From Nitrososphaerota archaeon (lineage in GTDB: Archaea; Thermoproteota; Nitrososphaeria; Nitrososphaerales; UBA57): a stretch of DNA of 64,000 bases. Location: assembly GCA_024860875.1 (NCBI GenBank), contig JACPSZ010000008.1:84106-148105 (forward strand). The letters are read 5' to 3'. The translations under genes and the position numbers were made by a program. The notes beneath the pieces were generated by a model. It made no database searches. It saw nothing but the letters and a program-made list of their open reading frames with translations, and had not been told where the DNA came from. Positions 44,093-53,744 of the stretch are shown in pieces (positions within the stretch are counted from its first letter, which is position 1; every line of letters begins with the position of its first letter).

Positions 44093-45265
44093 TTAGTCGC
44101 ATGTTGAAAGAACCGCTTTTGTAGCATTTAGAGGACCATTGTAATTCTCGGCAATCTCGGCTATTTTCCGAGCGCTCTTTGTGTATTTGTCGTCTGATGA
44201 TATCTGCTCTGCAGATTCGAGTAGGGTTTTGGTCTTCAGATCCTCAGCCTTTATGCAGATGCCAGCTCCAAGCTCAGAAACTTTGCTCCCGTTGCCTATC
44301 TGCTCCGAATGTTTCTCTATAGGAATGATTATCATCGGCTTTCCATAGCACAATGATTGCGCTATCGTCGAATGCCCTCCTCTACCGATCGAATAGTCTG
44401 CAAGAGCGAATAGTTCATCGCGTATCGGGCACCATTCGAAGTACCAAGAGTTACCTATCTTCATGGGCTCTGTTTTTCCGCCTACAACACCTCCAGATAT
44501 TATGAGCGAAAAATCTCCGTTTGCCCTCTTTGAGGCTTCGATTACCTTCCTTACAGCCCCTTCCCGCGTTCCAGCAGGCCCACTTATCTGTGCAAAGAAT
44601 ACCTTCGAGCAGTTGATTCCAAAAGTAGACCTTAGTTTTGCAAGCTCAGAATTCTTGAATTCCTTTTTCTTTACAATAAATCCAACGTAGTTAACCTTCT
44701 TGCTGATTGAAGAAATATCGGAAATGCTCTTCTCGCATATCGTGTAAGGAGGAGCCAAATCTGGTACAAGAATTTCTTTGCTGAGAGCCCATGCTCTGCC
44801 AAGGAGCTCTGCCATTGTTTCCTCACCTATGCTGGAAACTCTGCTCAACCCGCTTTCAGGCATCCTAATTCTGATCTGATTCAGCATTGTTATGCAGGGG
44901 ATATGCTTCCTTGAAGCGGCGATTACGCTTGAAAGCCTCGAATCGTTACAGACTACTTTGGGCTTCAGTGCTGCCATATTCTTCATTTCAAATCGCACTT
45001 GTTTCGCAAAACTCGCCATCATGCTTGGAAATCCCAGTGTTGTCTTCTTCAGAGAAACTTTACCGTCAGTCAAGCCCACGTCCATTTCAGGACATGTGTC
45101 GCACTCGAACCCAACCTCTCTGAGGTATTTTGCACCCTCCCCGAATGATGAAAACCTTACGTCGAAACCGTTTAACTGCAGTTCTCTGGCTATTATAGAG
45201 AGCCTGCTAACATGCCCAAGACCAGAGCCAAATGCGGGAAGGTAAGCCAGAGCCATCTGCATCAC
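44093..45265 (-). CDS. GT-B glycosyltransferase (MurG/UDP-glycosyltransferase-like, GT28 C-terminal type)
   Basis: N-terminal GSGLGHVSR, and the C-terminal donor-binding region GRGGHSTIAQSLCYGKPMIIIPIEKHSEQIGN. Confidence 0.7.
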   Translation of the reverse strand: MMQMALAYLPAFGSGLGHVSRLSIIARELQLNGFDVRFSSFGEGAKYLREVGFECDTCPEMDVGLTDGKVSLKKTTLGFPSMMASFAKQVRFEMKNMAALKPKVVCNDSRLSSVIAASRKHIPCITMLNQIRIRMPESGLSRVSSIGEETMAELLGRAWALSKEILVPDLAPPYTICEKSISDISSISKKVNYVGFIVKKKEFKNSELAKLRSTFGINCSKVFFAQISGPAGTREGAVRKVIEASKRANGDFSLIISGGVVGGKTEPMKIGNSWYFEWCPIRDELFALADYSIGRGGHSTIAQSLCYGKPMIIIPIEKHSEQIGNGSKVSELGAGICIKAEDLKTKTLLESAEQISSDDKYTKSARKIAEIAENYNGPLNATKAVLSTCD

Positions 45266-45876
45266 TACAGGTTCTTTCTCTCCACTCTACCCTTTGGAGA
45301 AGCCTCTTCGAAGATTATCGCCTGGAACTTGTAAACTTTTGTGCTTGGAACGAGCCAGATGTCCGGAGTTGCACCAGCCTTCATGCAGGCGTTCTCAAGA
45401 AACTCCTCCGCGTTCCATCCATATTCTACGGGCACCTGAGGCAACAACAGTCCTCTACCAAGAGACCATTGCACTATAAGGCCGTCTCTGCCTACAGCGA
45501 TATTCCTCGGCAACTCTTTAGTAGATTTAACCTGAATTAGTTCTGGAGGTGTAAGTACGCTCAACTCGAAGAGGGTTTTCTCAAGCTCGTTTTTCATTAG
45601 AGGAGGGAATCTCGGGTCTTCAGTCGCTGCAGCTACTGCTGCGCTCATTACAGCTTCAATCAAAGGCTTGTCGGGGTATGGAAAGCCTATGCAGCCTCTC
45701 AGCTCTTTCCCCCCATTGATTACGCTACTAATCGTCACAAAAACTCCAGCTTTAGTTTCAAAAATAGCACCATGCTCCTTCGGTACATTCCGCAATCTCC
45801 CTTCTGCAAAGAACTTCTCTATCGTGCTCCTCGCAAGCGTGACAAGAAATGCACCAGTTCCGTCGTCCAACTTCAT
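45265..45876 (-). CDS. AMMECR1-domain protein
   Basis: LRGCIGFPYP, TEDPRFPP, EISVLTPPE-like and GLLLPQV motifs. Confidence 0.85.
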   Translation of the reverse strand: MKLDDGTGAFLVTLARSTIEKFFAEGRLRNVPKEHGAIFETKAGVFVTISSVINGGKELRGCIGFPYPDKPLIEAVMSAAVAAATEDPRFPPLMKNELEKTLFELSVLTPPELIQVKSTKELPRNIAVGRDGLIVQWSLGRGLLLPQVPVEYGWNAEEFLENACMKAGATPDIWLVPSTKVYKFQAIIFEEASPKGRVERKNL

Positions 45877-45904
45877 GATATGAATTTCTGCAATGCAGTT
45901 CCAC

Positions 45905-46354
45905 TTAAGTTTGTGCCATTTTTTCTACGATGTTAGCCATGGACTTCATCCTTTGCCAGTGACTCCCCCGCCAGTACACCTTCCCACAGCTTTTGCAGAC
46001 GTAGAACCTCTCTTGCCTCTCTAATACAGTCTTCGGAACATTGGTCAAAGAGGACTTGATAGCTCCTTCGAGCAGGCCGTTGCAGACGGGACACCTTGAT
46101 TTTTCAGGGTTAAGATCAGCGGCAATTTGCAATGAGCTGAATACGTAAGCAAGTCTTGCAGCGTCGTTATCACCTACTATCAGAACCGCTGATATACTTT
46201 TGTTAGTCGCCCTCAAAAACAGTTCTCTGTCAGATGTCAGGAGCGTCCTATTCTGCGATTCTGCAATCTTGATTAATTCAGCATCGTTTAATTTCGCATC
46301 ATAAATGGTGTCGAAGCTGTACATGCGGAGCTTCCTTGCCAAACTGCCCAGCAT
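45905..46354 (-). CDS. Mut7-C/DUF82 PIN-like RNase domain protein with a C-terminal zinc ribbon
   Basis: MLGSLARKLRMYSFDT..., LLTSDRELF, CPVCNG...FYVCKSCGKVYWRGSHW. Confidence 0.75.
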   Translation of the reverse strand: MLGSLARKLRMYSFDTIYDAKLNDAELIKIAESQNRTLLTSDRELFLRATNKSISAVLIVGDNDAARLAYVFSSLQIAADLNPEKSRCPVCNGLLEGAIKSSLTNVPKTVLERQERFYVCKSCGKVYWRGSHWQRMKSMANIVEKMAQT

Positions 46355-46358
46355 TCCG

Positions 46359-47666
46359 TCAACTGCGAACTTCGCTTCCGTAGACTATGTCACCCTTTGG
46401 CTTTGAGATGATCTCACCATTTTCGTAGACCAATTCTCCTCCAACTATCGTAGCAAAGACCTTCCCCCTTACACTTCTTCCTTCAAACGGAGAATACTTC
46501 GCCTTCGTATAGAACGTACCAGAATCTATCTTCCAGCTCTTCTTCGGGTCAAGAATAGTAATATTTGCCTTAAAGCCCTCTTTCATTGCACCAATTCTGC
46601 TCAGGTTGAACCTCGATGCAGGATTTTCTGTTATTGCAGCGATGGCACGTTTTACCGATATCCTTTCTTGGTTAACCAGCGTAAAGAGCAGGCCAGCCAG
46701 AGTTTCAAGCTGGGGAAATCCCGGGCGTGGATTTTGATTTCCTTTTTCCTTCAAGGCATGCGGAGCATGGTCAGTAGCGATTATCGGTATCAGACCTGCG
46801 GAAACTCCCTCAAGGATGGCTGCAGAATCAGCTGGAGGACGCAATGGAGGTTCAACGACAGCCATTCCTCCAAGCTCATCAATGATTGCAGAATTCAGCA
46901 GCATGTGATGAGGGGTTGCTTCACATGATATATTAGTACCTAATTTTCTTACTTCATTTATCAGCTTCAGACCTTCTCTGGTCGAGAGATGGCATATGTG
47001 CACCTTGCCTTGAGTTTTTGAAGCAATCTTGATAACCTGCTCTATAGCTGAAACTTCTGCCTTTGCTGGATGAGCCTGAAGATGCTCTTCTGCCGTCCTT
47101 GTGTTTTTATTAATCAGAGCAGGATCTTCAGCATGAAAGCACACCAAACGTCTGGTTTTCTTCGCTGCAACCATTAGGTTCTCGATCTTTTCTGAGTCAA
47201 ATATTATGCTATCAATTGCCTTGTGAAGGTACGCCTTGAAGGCTATGCAACCTGCCTCTGCAAGCTCTGTAGCTATTGATGGGTTGTTAGTAGTGCCGTA
47301 GAACCCTACATCGCAGTAGATTCTGCCTTTGGCAGTTTGGATTCTATTCCTTAATGCTTTTACACTCGTTATTGGAGGAGAAGTATTTGGCATGTCGAGA
47401 ACTGTTGTAAACCCTCCTGCAACTGCTGCGGAAGTTCCACTTGCAAAATCTTCCTTGTAAGAATATTCAGCATCCCTCAAATGCGTGTGAACATCGATAA
47501 AGCCCGGGAAGACCATCTTGCCCCTTGCATCGAACTTGACATCAGCGTCAGGAAGTCTGTACTCCTTTGCTATTTTCTGGATCATACCATTACTGATTGA
47601 AATTCCTGCATCGGCAAATTTACTGCTAATCCAGACCTTCCCGTTTACTATGTTAATTGATCTCAA
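46359..47666 (-). CDS. pyrC: Dihydroorotase
   Basis: The amidohydrolase metal motif PGFIDVHTHLRD, plus FKAYL, VCFHAED, VHICHLST and IIATDHAPH. Confidence 0.85.
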   Translation of the reverse strand: MRSINIVNGKVWISSKFADAGISISNGMIQKIAKEYRLPDADVKFDARGKMVFPGFIDVHTHLRDAEYSYKEDFASGTSAAVAGGFTTVLDMPNTSPPITSVKALRNRIQTAKGRIYCDVGFYGTTNNPSIATELAEAGCIAFKAYLHKAIDSIIFDSEKIENLMVAAKKTRRLVCFHAEDPALINKNTRTAEEHLQAHPAKAEVSAIEQVIKIASKTQGKVHICHLSTREGLKLINEVRKLGTNISCEATPHHMLLNSAIIDELGGMAVVEPPLRPPADSAAILEGVSAGLIPIIATDHAPHALKEKGNQNPRPGFPQLETLAGLLFTLVNQERISVKRAIAAITENPASRFNLSRIGAMKEGFKANITILDPKKSWKIDSGTFYTKAKYSPFEGRSVRGKVFATIVGGELVYENGEIISKPKGDIVYGSEVRS

Positions 47667-47673
47667 CTATTCC

Positions 47674-48225
47674 TCAGGCGGCTCCGCAGCTTTTTCCATC
47701 CTGCACTCTTCGCATAGATACTTGTTGTCCATCTCCCGCAACTATCACAATGCCCTTCGACATAGCCCCTGCCCTTCTTGACTCGCCAGTCATTATTCTG
47801 GCCTTTTCTGAAACTATCTCCATCAGCTCTGGAGTCACTGCAAGTATGTCCGAGAGCGAGATAATTCCTATAAGGTTGCCATTTCTGACAACTCCCAGCC
47901 TCTTTACCCTCTGCTTCCGAATCAGCCTTGCAGCTTCTGGAAGGTCTTCCATGAAATCTATAGTTTTGAGGGGAGATGACAGAATCTTGGAAGCAGTTAT
48001 AGTGTTTGGCTTTGCATTCTTAGCCACTACTTTTTCAACTAGATCAGTATCCGTGATTATCCCAATGGGCGTGCCCTTCTGAACAACGATTAGGCTTCCA
48101 ACCCCAAGGTCGGACATTTTCTTTGCAACGGCATCGGCTTTGGCATCTGGAGATATGGTAATGACAGGGCTGTTCATAACGTCCCGCAGAAGCACCTTAG
48201 TCTTTATCCTTGAGCCGTAAGCCAT
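47674..48225 (-). CDS. CBS-domain pair protein
   Basis: Two CBS repeats: VMNSPVITISPD...GVGSLIVV and ILSSPLKTIDFM...VKRLGVV.NGNLIGIIS. Confidence 0.8.
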   Translation of the reverse strand: MAYGSRIKTKVLLRDVMNSPVITISPDAKADAVAKKMSDLGVGSLIVVQKGTPIGIITDTDLVEKVVAKNAKPNTITASKILSSPLKTIDFMEDLPEAARLIRKQRVKRLGVVRNGNLIGIISLSDILAVTPELMEIVSEKARIMTGESRRAGAMSKGIVIVAGDGQQVSMRRVQDGKSCGAA

Positions 48226-48260
48226 CTCTCCATCATCAGCTCAAAATTGCTTTAATCCTT

Positions 48261-50186
48261 TTACCCTCTACCTTTCCCGATAATCTTTCCCCCTCCTGAA
48301 GGAAGGACTCTTACAAAATCGTCAAGAGGCATTTTCTTGTAGATTTGCGCCTTCTCTCCATCGAGAAGAGCTATTATCTCGGCCTTGACCTTCTTTGCAG
48401 TGTCGGTCGCCTTGAAGTTTTCTGGTGTTATCAAAACGTACGCTGAGCAGTGCTTCTGAATAGCGCTAGTTGGACCTGCCATTAGCGTATCCCTATCTCC
48501 AACTCTGCATACTCCGACTGCAACTTCGAGTTTTATCGATTTGATGTAGTTCTTTTTCCCCTCTATAAGGAAACTGCCTTTAGGCAAAAACATGCCTGTA
48601 GGCGCCTGTAGCTTGACCTGCTCTGGCTTGACCCAGTACGCGTCTGCAACCCTTATGCCCTCTCTCCAAGCCCTACTGAACGAAACTACAGCCCTTGCCA
48701 CCTCTTCTATGGAAACTGTGTTTGCTTCAGTTGCATCTTTTATTACAAAAAATGGAGAACCGACGATCTCAGCATGCAGAACTATGTCATTGTTTGAGAG
48801 ATGCTTCCTGATTATTGCTGCGTTGGAGTGTGTATCCCTTCCCCCGATTGCCAGCAGACCTTCAGAAGTATTGAGCCATCTATAACGCTCGAACCACAGG
48901 GGCTCCTCCCTAACTTCGAACGTTTCTTTAGACTCTTTCTTCTCCACCTGTAGCAGAAGCTCCTTATTCTGTTCCTTAAGCTTCGCTTCTGCCTGTTCAA
49001 TCAGCTTGGCTTTCGCTTCGAGCCGCTTGGCTTCGTCAAAGAGTCTTGATGATATTTTCATTGCAGACATTCCATCTTGAAGCTCCATGGAGTCGTCGCC
49101 GAATTTCAACAGGAACTTGCCCATGCTGACAGATGCCTTGATGGGTTCAGCAGAGAATTCCCTCTGCATCTCGTTCATGCTTACAGTTTTGTTCATCCAC
49201 TTCTGCATAATGGTGTTTGCACTCCCGCGGAGTTTTGCTGCAAATGTGATAGCATTCTCTCTTGCCTTAGCCTGCTCTTGAATGGATTTGTCGAGTTCCT
49301 GTATCTTAGCCAGTTGAGTCTTGTTTGAGGAGAATTCTAGGCCTCGCTTCAGGTCGAAGGACAAAGCTTCATCCATAGCCTCGGCAAGAGATCCTTTCTT
49401 AATCGATGTTCTTCCTTGAAGCGTAACCATGTTTGGAGGTGCAAAATCTGAAGGTGCAGAATTGTCAAGAATTACTATGCCTTTGGTTTCAGTGTCTGAT
49501 AGGGTATCAGCAAGTTCCATACACGCTTTGTATATGCGCCCAAAATCGGAATCTGAAAGAGTCTTCGTGCTAGTATCTTTATTCACGTTTGCTCTAGCCA
49601 AGACCTCTTCTACATACTTCCTTGAGAGCGAGACCTCTCTTCCCAACCATTTTGCTATTGCCAGATCGCTCTCTTTTGCTTTAACGACGTCATCTAATCT
49701 GACATGGAAGAAGTCGATACCCCTGCTCGGGGGCAGAGCGTATTTTTCACCAGGTACGACTCTCCTGTGCCTGACCCTTATGGCTCTCAAACATGCCATG
49801 ATTCTGCTGTCTTTGTCTGCAAGGACTATGTTGCCCCCTCCGAAAAATTCGCCAATTACTCTGACAATTCCATTGCTGCCTTCGAATTCCAAGACTGCAA
49901 TCCTCTCTCCTGCTGGCTGCAAAGCTCCAACAAACCTTACTCGTCCCAAGTGCGTGCGGAGCGTCTTGACGAAACTCTCTACAGGTCTGCTTTCGAATTC
50001 GTATTTTGTTAGCCACAGGCCTCTATTGGGAGAAACCACTAGCTGCTTCTCTGCCTGAATAGGGTGATGCAGTTTGATTAGAATGCTTTCAGACGAGACT
50101 GCATAAACGTTATTTACATAGTACCCTTGCAGTTGCTCCGCTATGTTCAGCACTACATTATACAGCTCGACACTAGCAATCTCCAT
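48261..50186 (-). CDS. NFACT-family protein (FbpA/RqcH/NEMF homolog, ribosome quality control)
   Basis: NFACT-N (LYNVVLNIAEQL...), a central coiled coil, and an NFACT-R/DUF814 region (WFERYRWLNTSEGLLAIGGRDTHSNAAIIRKHL..NDIVLHAEIVGSPFFVIK). The ORF track extends to 50219; the Met at 50184-50186 (MEIASVELYN) is preferred. Confidence 0.8.
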   Translation of the reverse strand: MEIASVELYNVVLNIAEQLQGYYVNNVYAVSSESILIKLHHPIQAEKQLVVSPNRGLWLTKYEFESRPVESFVKTLRTHLGRVRFVGALQPAGERIAVLEFEGSNGIVRVIGEFFGGGNIVLADKDSRIMACLRAIRVRHRRVVPGEKYALPPSRGIDFFHVRLDDVVKAKESDLAIAKWLGREVSLSRKYVEEVLARANVNKDTSTKTLSDSDFGRIYKACMELADTLSDTETKGIVILDNSAPSDFAPPNMVTLQGRTSIKKGSLAEAMDEALSFDLKRGLEFSSNKTQLAKIQELDKSIQEQAKARENAITFAAKLRGSANTIMQKWMNKTVSMNEMQREFSAEPIKASVSMGKFLLKFGDDSMELQDGMSAMKISSRLFDEAKRLEAKAKLIEQAEAKLKEQNKELLLQVEKKESKETFEVREEPLWFERYRWLNTSEGLLAIGGRDTHSNAAIIRKHLSNNDIVLHAEIVGSPFFVIKDATEANTVSIEEVARAVVSFSRAWREGIRVADAYWVKPEQVKLQAPTGMFLPKGSFLIEGKKNYIKSIKLEVAVGVCRVGDRDTLMAGPTSAIQKHCSAYVLITPENFKATDTAKKVKAEIIALLDGEKAQIYKKMPLDDFVRVLPSGGGKIIGKGRG

Positions 50187-50212
50187 AGACCATCCACCGG
50201 GTGCACCACATA

Positions 50213-50494
50213 ATGCCAAATCCCTTTGAAATTATCTTTTGGGTAAGGGCTGCACTCGGAGCCTTTTCTGGCCTTTTGTCTGGGATTCTAGGATACGTAA
50301 GTTCGAGTTCCTACTCATTTCTCGGCCTTTTCGTAGCCTTGGCGATCTATGGTATATCGTTCGTAATTCTCAAAAGTTTAGTTCGCGATGTGCCGAAGAC
50401 GGGAGCATCAAAAATTTACACTGCTGGGCTAGGAACCTTCATCATGCTCTTCTTCTTTACTTGGATTCTCTACAACACCTTGCTGCCCAAATAA
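50213..50494 (+). CDS. Small 3-TM membrane protein, possibly EMC6/Rab5ip-like
   Basis: MPNPFEIIFWVRAALGAFSGLLSGILGYV...GLFVALAIYGISFVILK...GLGTFIMLFFFTWILYNTL. The pattern recalls EMC6-like proteins. Assignment is from memory only. Confidence 0.4.
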   Translation: MPNPFEIIFWVRAALGAFSGLLSGILGYVSSSSYSFLGLFVALAIYGISFVILKSLVRDVPKTGASKIYTAGLGTFIMLFFFTWILYNTLLPK

Positions 50495-50809
50495 CCCTTT
50501 CTCATCTGCAAACTTCAGAAACTTCTTCCACGTTGCGAAATACCCCTTGTCGAAATCGTCAGCCCATGTAGAGGATTCCTTCTCGTTTAACATTCGCTTG
50601 AACTTTGTAATATCGTTTGGATCGAAAGGCAGAGTGGGAGGCTTTGCAGATTGCATTGATATCAAGCCCTCAATAGCAAACGCAGATCCCATAACCCTGC
50701 TACTCTTCGTGTTACCCATATTCTGCGCTATACGCTCCTTTGCCTCCTGAAACTTCTTTTCCATTATCAGGGTAAAGCACTGCTCAACTATCTCGTTGGT
50801 CACCATCAA
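50429..50809 (-). CDS. Hypothetical protein translationally coupled to the RadA paralog
   Basis: 126-aa ORF whose start overlaps the upstream stop by 4 nt. No family recognised. Confidence 0.45.
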   Translation of the reverse strand: MMVTNEIVEQCFTLIMEKKFQEAKERIAQNMGNTKSSRVMGSAFAIEGLISMQSAKPPTLPFDPNDITKFKRMLNEKESSTWADDFDKGYFATWKKFLKFADEKGLFGQQGVVENPSKEEEHDEGS

Positions 50810-51636
50810 TTCTGCACCCCTGCTTCAGTTATGCCGAACCTTGCAGTCTTTCCTCCTTTGCTTGCAACTATGTACCTTCCAGAATTGTCTAGCGGTATCC
50901 TCTCTGCTACAGCCCTGCTCATGACTTGGACAAACGTTTCTCGAGTAACCTTCACTCCCTCCACCTCTGGCCTTGACCGCACGCTGTTAGTTATCGCCAT
51001 AAAAAGAGAATGCTCCAATGCAAGATGCGAAACTTCGTGCAGGTGCTCGGCAAACAAAGAGCGGAGCTCTATGTTAGTTTCTTCCCTCTTCGATGAGACA
51101 AAGTTATTCGTTATATCATCAATTATCGCCAAGCTTGCATGCATTTCTTTCAGAAATTCCCTTATCTTTTGAGGTATAATCAGTTGCTGATCAACTGTAA
51201 AGCAGCGTAGGACGAAGATTCGGTCGAGTATTTTCTTTGCATCCAGGCCCTTATGGTTGGCAATCTGCTTTACCCGCTCAGGCCTGAAGCTGCCCAGAGT
51301 GTCAATGAATAGAGTGTTCTTTTCCGCCGCTGAATTGTTCAGTGCGAGCTGGAAGCACAGCTGGCTTTTACCTGAAGAACGGGGCCCATAAAAGTCCGTG
51401 ATGTACCCTCTGCCCAGCCCTCCATCCAGCAACGAATCGAGTCCTGCCGAGCCAGTCTTCAACCTTTGCTTCACCAAGATCTCTTCCTGCTCCACGTACC
51501 AAGGAAGATTGACCTCAAAATGTGGAAGATTGTGAGAACCTGAAACCTTCAGATCGAAATCGTTGAAGATGCCCTGCTCTTTAGCCCTTTTGGCCTTCTG
51601 TGCTTCAATAATTTCATCGAATGGTTTTGCTGGCAA
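50806..51636 (-). CDS. RadA/Rad51-family paralog (RadB-like recombinase-fold ATPase)
   Basis: TGSAGLDSLLDGGLGRGYITDFYGPRSSGKSQLCFQLAL (Walker A variant GPRSSGKS), FIDTLGSFRPERV (Rad51/RadA signature) and LAIIDDIT (Walker B). Confidence 0.75.
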   Translation of the reverse strand: MPAKPFDEIIEAQKAKRAKEQGIFNDFDLKVSGSHNLPHFEVNLPWYVEQEEILVKQRLKTGSAGLDSLLDGGLGRGYITDFYGPRSSGKSQLCFQLALNNSAAEKNTLFIDTLGSFRPERVKQIANHKGLDAKKILDRIFVLRCFTVDQQLIIPQKIREFLKEMHASLAIIDDITNNFVSSKREETNIELRSLFAEHLHEVSHLALEHSLFMAITNSVRSRPEVEGVKVTRETFVQVMSRAVAERIPLDNSGRYIVASKGGKTARFGITEAGVQN

Positions 51637-51890
51637 GTCTGCCCCTTATTTATTTACCTGACAAAAAAGCATTTACTTTTAACCGCCTATGCTTCATATA
51701 GCAAGAGCGACATTAGCACAGAACTAAATCACCTTATCACCATTTTGAGTTTATGTTGAGGGGGTGGGGATATACACAGAGCTAGGAGCAGCATCTTTTA
51801 CTAATCTACTCTATTACTATACCATTGCTTCTTCTTGTAACCCCATCCCGTCCTCTGTCGTCTTACAGGGGCACGCGTACAATAAGGAAA

Positions 51891-53303
51891 CTAGCTCTTG
51901 CCCAGCAGCCCTGCAAGCTGCGGCATCATCGTCTCCAGTCTTTCCTTCATCAGCATCTGGTAGTAGTTTAGAGTAATACTAACCATCAGAAGAATCCCAG
52001 TACCAGTGCCGAACACACCCAGAAGATCGGCACTAGAAGCAAGTATCCCTAAAAATGCAGAGCCCAGTATGGTAATAACAGGAATGTACTTCCCTAAAAT
52101 TCCTTCGACGGACTGCTCCGCCCTTCTGAATCCAGGCACCTGAACATTGGCATCAAGGAGGCTTTTTGATACTGCTCTAGGATTCAGGCCTCCAATTTCA
52201 ACCCATATCCTCCCGAATATTATGCATATTATTATGTAAAATGCAACATAAGATACAGCACGCAAGGGTTCAAGCCCCAAAGATTCCAATCCTCTTGGAG
52301 GGGTTATGTAGTACAAGAAGCCTCCTATCGCGCCGCTGGTGACAGTCTGCGGATTATAGGTAGCGATCAGATTTAGTAATGGATCAGCATTGTTGGGATT
52401 ATAGCGAGACCAGATGAATTGCGAGAAGAATGTAAGATTAGCCAAAAGCGCCGATGTAAGTATTACAGGTATGTTCGAAACGTAAAGCAATTTAATAGGA
52501 TATACTCCAGAAAAGCCCCTGTACTTTGTCGACGTAATAGGAACTTCTATGCGAATCCCCTCAACATAGACAATTATGACTATTGCAACGAAGGTTAGCA
52601 AAAGGGTGAACAGGCTTGGCAGCTGTCCAGACCTGAAGACTGCACTCTCAGGATGACCAGTAGCAGTCGCGTTGACAAGATACGGTACAATGCCAAGATA
52701 TCCGTCTCCTGCTGGCAGTACGCTGAACATGTTCCAAACAATTTGCTGGGCTACACCGGCCATGATGAACAGACTGATTCCAGAGCCTATTCCCCAGCCC
52801 TTCTGGACAAGTTCGTCCATTAGCACGACTACAAACCCCGTAGCGAGCAGCTGAGTCATTATCACTATTGCGACGCCTGTAGAAAGGTTGGTGCCGAACT
52901 GCCCTCCAATCATAAATGCAGACGCTTCTATAATGGTTACTATCAGGGTAAGCACCTTCGTAGCAGCGGAGAACAGAGCCTTGTCCTCTTTCTTTTTGAA
53001 ATCTAGTTTGATGATCTCTGCACCCTTCAATAACTGGAGAATAAGTCCTGCAGTCACTATAGGGCCGATTCCAAGCTCCATCAGGGTGCCTTGAGAAGAT
53101 GCGAAGATGATCCTCGTGTACGCTAATTGGTCTGCAACACCAGACGCGATCCCATAGAGAGGAGTTTGGGACATAGCCAAGAACAGTACCAATGCAGTAG
53201 CAGTCCAGACGAGCTTTTCAGAAAGATCTCGCTTTCGTTCGGGTTTGGGAACTTGCGGAAATACAGAAGCGACGGTCGATACAGCGTTCCAAATTGCGCC
53301 CAA
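51891..53303 (-). CDS. secY: Preprotein translocase subunit SecY
   Basis: A 470-aa, 10-TM protein at the end of the spc-like ribosomal operon, with motifs LGIGPIVTAGLILQLL and GIGSGISLFI. Confidence 0.95.
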   Translation of the reverse strand: MGAIWNAVSTVASVFPQVPKPERKRDLSEKLVWTATALVLFLAMSQTPLYGIASGVADQLAYTRIIFASSQGTLMELGIGPIVTAGLILQLLKGAEIIKLDFKKKEDKALFSAATKVLTLIVTIIEASAFMIGGQFGTNLSTGVAIVIMTQLLATGFVVVLMDELVQKGWGIGSGISLFIMAGVAQQIVWNMFSVLPAGDGYLGIVPYLVNATATGHPESAVFRSGQLPSLFTLLLTFVAIVIIVYVEGIRIEVPITSTKYRGFSGVYPIKLLYVSNIPVILTSALLANLTFFSQFIWSRYNPNNADPLLNLIATYNPQTVTSGAIGGFLYYITPPRGLESLGLEPLRAVSYVAFYIIICIIFGRIWVEIGGLNPRAVSKSLLDANVQVPGFRRAEQSVEGILGKYIPVITILGSAFLGILASSADLLGVFGTGTGILLMVSITLNYYQMLMKERLETMMPQLAGLLGKS

Positions 53304-53305
53304 AC

Positions 53306-53734
53306 TTACTCACTACCCGCTGTCAGCACCAACTCTCCGCCTGCCTTCTCTACCTTCTCTTTTGCAGATGCGCTAGCAGAACCTATCGATATCTTGTACT
53401 GTCCAGATACGCTTCCTTGACCTAAAAGCTTCTGGTATCCCATGCCTGAAAGATTAATGACCTTCTTTCCTCCATCGCTTTGAAGTGAATGTGCGATGCT
53501 ATCTAATTGGCCAACGTTCACCCATTTTGTAACTATGGTCCTTTGAGGAGGCTTCGGCTTTTCTCTGGTGAAATGATTAGGATCGTAAACTACAGTCCAT
53601 GTCCATTTGTGCTTTAGCAAACCTGCCTTTCCGACTCCGCCCTTGCCTCCGCTCTTTCTATGTTGCCCAATCTGCCCCCAGCCCATAGTCCTTGAACCTC
53701 TAAGTCGTCTTACCTTTCTGTTTCGAGTTGCCAT
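53306..53734 (-). CDS. rpl15: 50S ribosomal protein uL15
   Basis: RKVRRLRGSRTMGWGQIGQHRKSGGKGGVGKAG. Operon position between L30 and SecY. Confidence 0.9.
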   Translation of the reverse strand: MATRNRKVRRLRGSRTMGWGQIGQHRKSGGKGGVGKAGLLKHKWTWTVVYDPNHFTREKPKPPQRTIVTKWVNVGQLDSIAHSLQSDGGKKVINLSGMGYQKLLGQGSVSGQYKISIGSASASAKEKVEKAGGELVLTAGSE

Positions 53735-53744
53735 AGCTCTCCCT

